Assembly: GCA_947165755.1 (NCBI GenBank)
Contig: CAMVBR010000001.1
Coordinates: 1-53,846, forward strand
Length of the DNA: 53,846 nt
Source: an uncultured Clostridia bacterium
GTDB taxonomy: Bacteria; Bacillota; Clostridia; Oscillospirales; Acutalibacteraceae
Reading direction: 5' to 3'
Part shown: positions 50,901 through 53,846 of the stretch, one piece after another
How the letters are laid out: every line of letters starts with the position of its first letter
How positions within the stretch are numbered: position 1 is the stretch's first letter
Program-made: the position numbers and the translations under genes
The notes under the pieces: model-generated
Seen by the model: the letters and a program-made list of their open reading frames with translations, nothing else
The model's database searches: none
What the model was told of the DNA's origin: nothing

Positions 50901-53846
50901 CACGGCTCCGAACTACACGGCTTATAAAGATAACGGCGTTACCTACAACGTAGGCTCCTGGTATAAGCTCACCGACGGCAGCGAGCTCGCAACCGCCTCC
51001 AGCGAAAACGCCCGCGCCATCTTCACCGCGGTGTTCAGCGAGCTGATCGGGCCGCTTTCCAACGTGTTCTCCTTCATTCTCAGCGGTACGCCGCTTCGTC
51101 TGTTCCAGACCGGCAACGATACCTCCTCCGCGCTCACCATTCAGGGCTACCCGGCGTATAATAACGCCATCGTTCCCGCGCTTGAGGCGCTGGGCGTATA
51201 CGGCCTGAAGACCCAGATGGAATACGACACCCTTGCGCGCAACAGCGGTTCCCGCGCCGCCTTCGATTACCTTGTGAACGAGCTGTTCGAGGCCATGGAT
51301 AACCTGCTCGAGGACGACCGCGTTTACGATGACGACGGCAACGTGGTTTCCGGCAAGGGCGCCTTCCAGAAGCTGATCGACGTCCTTCCGCACCTGTTCT
51401 ACTTCCTGCAGAGCGACGGTCTCACCACGGTTCTCTATAACCTCGTGATGTTCGTATGGCAGCTGCTCGATACCCTCCGCCCGATCGTGAACCTCGATCT
51501 CGATAACCTCGTGCGCACGCTGCTGTGCCGTATCATGAAATATGATTACGATTACGAGGGCAAGAACAGCTCCACGCCCGCAAAATATAAGGCGAACGAG
51601 ATCACCGAAGAGCTGCTGAAGCTCATCGGCATTGAAGCGCCGAAGCACAGCGCCGCCGCCGCTACGCGCGACGCCGATAAGGTTGCCAGCATCTTTGAGT
51701 TCAGCGTAAAGAATATGACGCTGTCCAAGGTCTTCTCCCTGGTCGCCGGCCTCACGGGCCTGAACCTGAACCCGCTCACCTACGCGCTTGAGGGCATGGT
51801 GGCCTACGTCGGTACCAAGCCGCTGAGCTACAGCGCCAGCCAGACGGAGCCTTACGCCTACACGAGCTACAAGGTGCCCGCCACCTCCAATACCTATCAG
51901 ACCTACACCATCAATTTCGAAGGCCGCGATACCATTACCGTTACGCTTTCGGCTTTGATCGATATTCTCAAGTACGAGGGCAACGCCGCCGCGCTCGACA
52001 AGCTGGTGGGCACCCTCTCCCAGCGCCTGCCCGGCTCCCAGAACCTGCTCACCGGTCAGGGCGTGGACGGCCTCATTCAGGCCCTTGTGATGATCCTTGA
52101 GGATAAGCCCTACGGCAGCAGTCTCGACCGTCCGAACTGGGACTACATCTTCGAAGGCCGCCTTGTGAAGGGCTCCGACGGCAACACCGCGCTCTGGACC
52201 GATATCTTCAACAAGAATGAGATCCTCGGCACCGGCGCCAACAATACCTTCTCGAGATGGGCCGAGCTGAAGGCCGTTTCCGAACGTGATTTCGATTTCC
52301 ACAGCTTCCATCTGGCCTACATGACCAACCTTCAGTATCTCACCAGCTGGACCGAGGCCACGGCCGACGCCACCACCGCCGTTCTGCAGAATGTGCTCGA
52401 TTACGTGGTGTCCCTTGCCGATCTCGGCAGCGCGCTCGATCTTGAGGGCGATATCGAAACCTTCAGCGACCTTGTGGACGCGCTCCTCGCGCAGAAGGTC
52501 TTCACGCCCGACCTTATGATCACGCTGCTGGATCTGCTTGCCAACGTCTACACCTACCTGCCCGACGATATCCTGGGCGTCATCAACCGCCTGCTCACCG
52601 ATAACGCCGCCGAGGGCGCCGAGGTGGATATGTTCGCGTGGAGAGAAGCGGGCTACATCGTAAAGGATTACCCGTGGAACGAAGACGGCACGCAGGATAC
52701 CACCAAGGATAAGGTATGGCAGGCCAACCGCGGCCACGCCTGGTTCACGGAAGGCCAGCCCGGCTATATCCACGATGAAGCAACCTTCCTTGACGCCGTC
52801 AGCGCTCTGCTTGAGCCCGCCGGCACGCTGTTCGCTCTGATCTTCCTCGGCGAGGACTACAACCTGCTTCGCTCTGTTGTGTCGGATTCGGATCATACGA
52901 TCGACGAAACCGCGCCGCACGACAGCGTTGTGATCAACGCCACCAACGCCTACGCCACCGCTCTGGTGCCGATCCTTGAGGCGCTGGGTCTGGATCTGAC
53001 GGATTACGCCCCGTCCAAGTATAAGAATACCGATAATACCTATAACGGCAGTCTGTTTGTGGAAGACCTCGTCGAGATCATCCATACCCTGTTCAACGAT
53101 ATCATCTACGGCCCGATGAATGAAACCGGTACCCGTTCCGGCGGCCCCGTAGCATGGCTTCTCAAGAACTTCCCGAACATCATCTATTTCATCAACGCGG
53201 ACGGCATCAAGGCCTCCCTTGATAACGTATTCGGCGCGATCAACGAAGTGCTGAACGCCATCTCCACCGTTGTGGATCTGCCCGTGGATCTCCATAATAT
53301 CATGGATTCCGGCCTGGATCTGACCAACCTCACCTTCGAAGGTGTGTTCGGCATGATCTACACGCTCACCAAGAGCTATGATGAGCACGGCAACCTGCTG
53401 CCCGGTCTGTACATGAACGAGTCCTTGCTGAACTACGTTACCACCATGTACGTCGGCAAGCTCGAGCCCTTCACCTCCGTCAACGGCTACCAGAGCTTCC
53501 GCATGGTCTATTCCGACAAGGAAGACGAATCCGATATGGTCACCATCCTGCTGGCCCTGCTGCTCGAATGGGCGACCGATTCCGGCACCTTCATCGATTC
53601 CGTGGACAGCCACGGCAACGCCGTAGCCTACAACAACGCCGATACCCTCGACCGGCTGCTGTTCTCCGGCTCCGAAATGGAAGGCGCCATCGGTCAGGTG
53701 ATCCACGCCCTGCGCGATCCTGAGGCTCTCAAGGTCGCCGATATGGATTGGGATTACTTCGTACCCGAAAACGAGACCTTCGATATCTCCGCTGTGGATG
53801 GCCATCCCATCACCGTTCCTTACTATGCGTTCCAGTATCTGAACTG
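44953..53846 (+). CDS. Giant secreted protein, 3'-truncated by the window (>2960 aa), no recognised domains
   Basis: NOT in the ORF track, probably because it has no stop in the window. ATG at 44953 after GAAGGAG. Signal peptide MGTKAKLSTKVISVVLSALMAVSCVYVALPSLAPKAFAATAEQ. I translated 44953-47400 continuously, and every spot check I made between about 47400 and 53846 was stop-free in frame 1. Codon usage matches neighbouring genes. The track lists no frame-1 plus-strand fragments here, which fits one uninterrupted open-ended ORF. Confidence 0.85.
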   Translation, partial: MGTKAKLSTKVISVVLSALMAVSCVYVALPSLAPKAFAATAEQKAWQGLADAFTAAYNGGYMSTKDWESINATNGTITVTDGTVNGYAYNVVAALGELLELIGKDKHNVELRATIKSTLAADYNCALGEYQENFLDKLLDVSGIYGQYTPTSIWNGSNADFNANLTAQTITVTATRLESAAILSDFDSIDALAEAGYKVVTAYSITVNAAAVKCASTNSSETGAYYANSSVTADEGTPAVAADKAQLEKIKAYMDYVASDEFKPRYDIWFNGGNAVNSESLYSYSTSQINEMKEHYMAKYNAVYTGELAYIEEYIGKSNFDSHKAFVDAAYNALAVVDYKDYVAWLVNGTPYPGGTAKNRDDYTATDPVSIEAVITQATTFKNAMTNDSSVINILKGLYPGFDPAKAYNAADESTYYASFDNLIRYLSSLMYNYYLQEIKQASNVLLNNGASTTYSFSNATSKFFNLLQNAVGAANYEEGSDYVKTSDSQVNKDKTYYVQDATYTYTDVAADATALAEGTRYYTQYAKVESPVNANVASYYEEKATDVYKKTADTAVKEGKTYYTLADGVYTAVETPDAAQLGNYYEFVATMVSFVPTADTAVNAVKTYYVKGTAYKVVTDPSDKYVRTYATRDVNYRLTKNSKVLSGKTYYTLADGKYTAVESPKDADIASYYETYVNRSYQLTADKVLVNGKTYWKQVGGAYTEVEEAKEEDLASYYEPKFIEVAEPVRGELYEYYERAGSYYGLKGVGNAEYIEGNYESSYSKTADTAVDSSKTYYTYDEASGKYTKVTSPTAADLGTYYERAECPINDTDLAALYIFFNNAVSMIDSASTYGVNVRNYFDEATEAAIREMKTALYNEQLTRGRVNEAFLQAYQPLADLMAGYIKGGKTLSQLYYDIKDVEAKFTSLKNSYNWFASEARGVAVQAFLNELYNELYDRAQSAYIEILTIYNNDGTGNVASGTNNVNAKNYYQLRQNINRITDAAGTYPEGGTSQKIEAFIAASYAATKITGSNKYGARTSANISKWYRNNTVAGAGALAACNTAYATVKSRVAAYTAGSAWDATGSAYTHTNIERRGKEADLVRTTAGVDYFTAWFSQNGAPTAGNYAKVSDAVAKLDKFLANSQFTSLLGADELGLGINTLGEYLQYIFSTKLFTDDMVNTIVGALFPMLTDLFENTIVGEVKKLDPLDAATFGIDNLYGKLHLYVNGQSDPTGKSSISFEALTYQLGAKIYPSTFGQYLVDNGYSVIGNDIKGANKGWTKYRYDDNGNQNGTFNSESNKYEYSVSFKTYLEKHPNIKFNWGIDDTTGATLTATAQNRFNKFCQVLGVVFGAAMPLMRTLFGNVDFGGRADGAAVAWANPIGYDLPVLGGVSADIVAYNLKATIRVNHLDLYTTLWIPVMEALGINGDLMSYTFKSVSTFTSGNDTNDRTGLVTALLDPVWQLILKVSQAPVGSILKLLPNLCYHLMNGSVQNLLNRSVCFNVQGEDADLAQGASGGFGSSIIAAIGSAFSKAIAGAIKINQSINLGDMLNLEEMLGFSLKDLNTVLAGVLGMIKEEAVYEVQVGTDDDGNPIMEKRTNLPGIGTGKLATMYTTRSSTYQSQAQYVTGLSDNREQLASKNGRRTYYTANVEMVFYALFNWVFRAAQTKGGIADILGFIANIAGSNLGDSIPQVVYTLVEGIESADLAFAALIELLFEPRYAEKKFNWYQINNDNYNWTDNPFAYVQYYNKWTEEKAEYIYENVDNIVNAVVNMITPETLEQFGGDVNVWLDRTINSMFNNEGIMNVIELVTKLGDALAGSPAIVKLLRQQVKTQNASDPDMNLYAWYNVFGYLYEDIHSVELENANQFIAYNVQNNQVYVYEAEPKDPDVETVTLTNTNAASSTAAYSWKIVRAYAVAPGESIQWQINGTNMTRSAIVPYNKNATNDKYQVYENLFQNLRWTAAGTSENGDLLYTWEVKLTSQIISHLKHDPAKHLERVGTAPNYTAYKDNGVTYNVGSWYKLTDGSELATASSENARAIFTAVFSELIGPLSNVFSFILSGTPLRLFQTGNDTSSALTIQGYPAYNNAIVPALEALGVYGLKTQMEYDTLARNSGSRAAFDYLVNELFEAMDNLLEDDRVYDDDGNVVSGKGAFQKLIDVLPHLFYFLQSDGLTTVLYNLVMFVWQLLDTLRPIVNLDLDNLVRTLLCRIMKYDYDYEGKNSSTPAKYKANEITEELLKLIGIEAPKHSAAAATRDADKVASIFEFSVKNMTLSKVFSLVAGLTGLNLNPLTYALEGMVAYVGTKPLSYSASQTEPYAYTSYKVPATSNTYQTYTINFEGRDTITVTLSALIDILKYEGNAAALDKLVGTLSQRLPGSQNLLTGQGVDGLIQALVMILEDKPYGSSLDRPNWDYIFEGRLVKGSDGNTALWTDIFNKNEILGTGANNTFSRWAELKAVSERDFDFHSFHLAYMTNLQYLTSWTEATADATTAVLQNVLDYVVSLADLGSALDLEGDIETFSDLVDALLAQKVFTPDLMITLLDLLANVYTYLPDDILGVINRLLTDNAAEGAEVDMFAWREAGYIVKDYPWNEDGTQDTTKDKVWQANRGHAWFTEGQPGYIHDEATFLDAVSALLEPAGTLFALIFLGEDYNLLRSVVSDSDHTIDETAPHDSVVINATNAYATALVPILEALGLDLTDYAPSKYKNTDNTYNGSLFVEDLVEIIHTLFNDIIYGPMNETGTRSGGPVAWLLKNFPNIIYFINADGIKASLDNVFGAINEVLNAISTVVDLPVDLHNIMDSGLDLTNLTFEGVFGMIYTLTKSYDEHGNLLPGLYMNESLLNYVTTMYVGKLEPFTSVNGYQSFRMVYSDKEDESDMVTILLALLLEWATDSGTFIDSVDSHGNAVAYNNADTLDRLLFSGSEMEGAIGQVIHALRDPEALKVADMDWDYFVPENETFDISAVDGHPITVPYYAFQYLN
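46420..47370 (+). repeat. Six coding repeats (~35-45 aa) inside the giant ORF: TAD[TK][AV]V..[GS]KTYY[TV]...G.YT.V..P....[LI]..YYE
   Basis: Read from the translation: KDKTYYVQDATYTYTDV..TRYYTQY; TADTAVKEGKTYYTLADGVYTAVETPDAAQLGNYYEF; TADTAVNAVKTYYVKGTAYKVVTDP; SGKTYYTLADGKYTAVESPKDADIASYYETY; TADKVLVNGKTYWKQVGGAYTEVEEAKEEDLASYYEPK; TADTAVDSSKTYYTYDEASGKYTKVTSPTAADLGTYYERA. Confidence 0.7.

Noticed and set aside
44809-53805. 2998-aa minus-strand ORF from the track
   Set aside because: This is an antisense shadow of the plus-strand giant gene. Its product is monotonous G/V/H/D/I/A-rich sequence with no signal peptide or motifs, and no RBS or promoter sits at its start (which lies inside coding sequence). 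The plus strand has a promoter, an RBS, a signal peptide and protein-like composition.
1-53846. Search for tRNA/rRNA, CRISPR repeats, IS/transposase/integrase genes, toxin-antitoxin or defence genes, and a cobalamin riboswitch upstream of the B12-type enzymes
   Set aside because: I recognised none by eye. Leaders upstream of the radical SAM operons are short or lack the conserved B12-box context I know. A covariance-model scan (Rfam) would be needed to exclude small RNAs.

Overview
GC-rich window (third codon positions mostly G/C; not computed) with Firmicutes/Clostridia-style expression signals: GGAGG-type RBS, TTGACA-17/18-TATAAT promoters and hairpin+T-run terminators. The taxon is an inference only. 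I see no rRNA, tRNA, CRISPR array, transposase or integrase. The window is one large cell-envelope/glycan-type accessory locus, interrupted and flanked by genes for very large secreted proteins. (i) 1-13361: five paralogs (one frameshifted) of a ~600-aa polytopic membrane protein family, a CotH-family protein, and a DegT aminotransferase / radical SAM / GtrB-like GT2 block. (ii) 14357-19171: a 1604-aa secreted protein with Listeria-Bacteroides-type repeats and ~20 Cys-rich repeats. (iii) 19402-22773: an operon of VTC-domain protein, DUF4956 protein and a cobalamin-type radical SAM enzyme. (iv) 23050-41564: two co-directional operons with sugar-nucleotide enzymes, GT2s, unknown membrane proteins and six more radical SAM modules. 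(v) 41628-44442 (minus strand): a second CotH (lipoprotein-like) plus a membrane protein. (vi) 44953 to the window end: a >2960-aa secreted-protein ORF on the PLUS strand that is absent from the supplied ORF track, which shows only its antisense shadow. The most striking feature is eight CX3CX2C radical SAM domains in ~32 kb. Five belong to one ~640-aa cobalamin-type family, and one gene is a natural two-module fusion. They sit among sugar genes with VTC/DUF4956/CotH and no recognisable peptide precursor. All functional calls come from motif recognition by eye; none were checked against databases.
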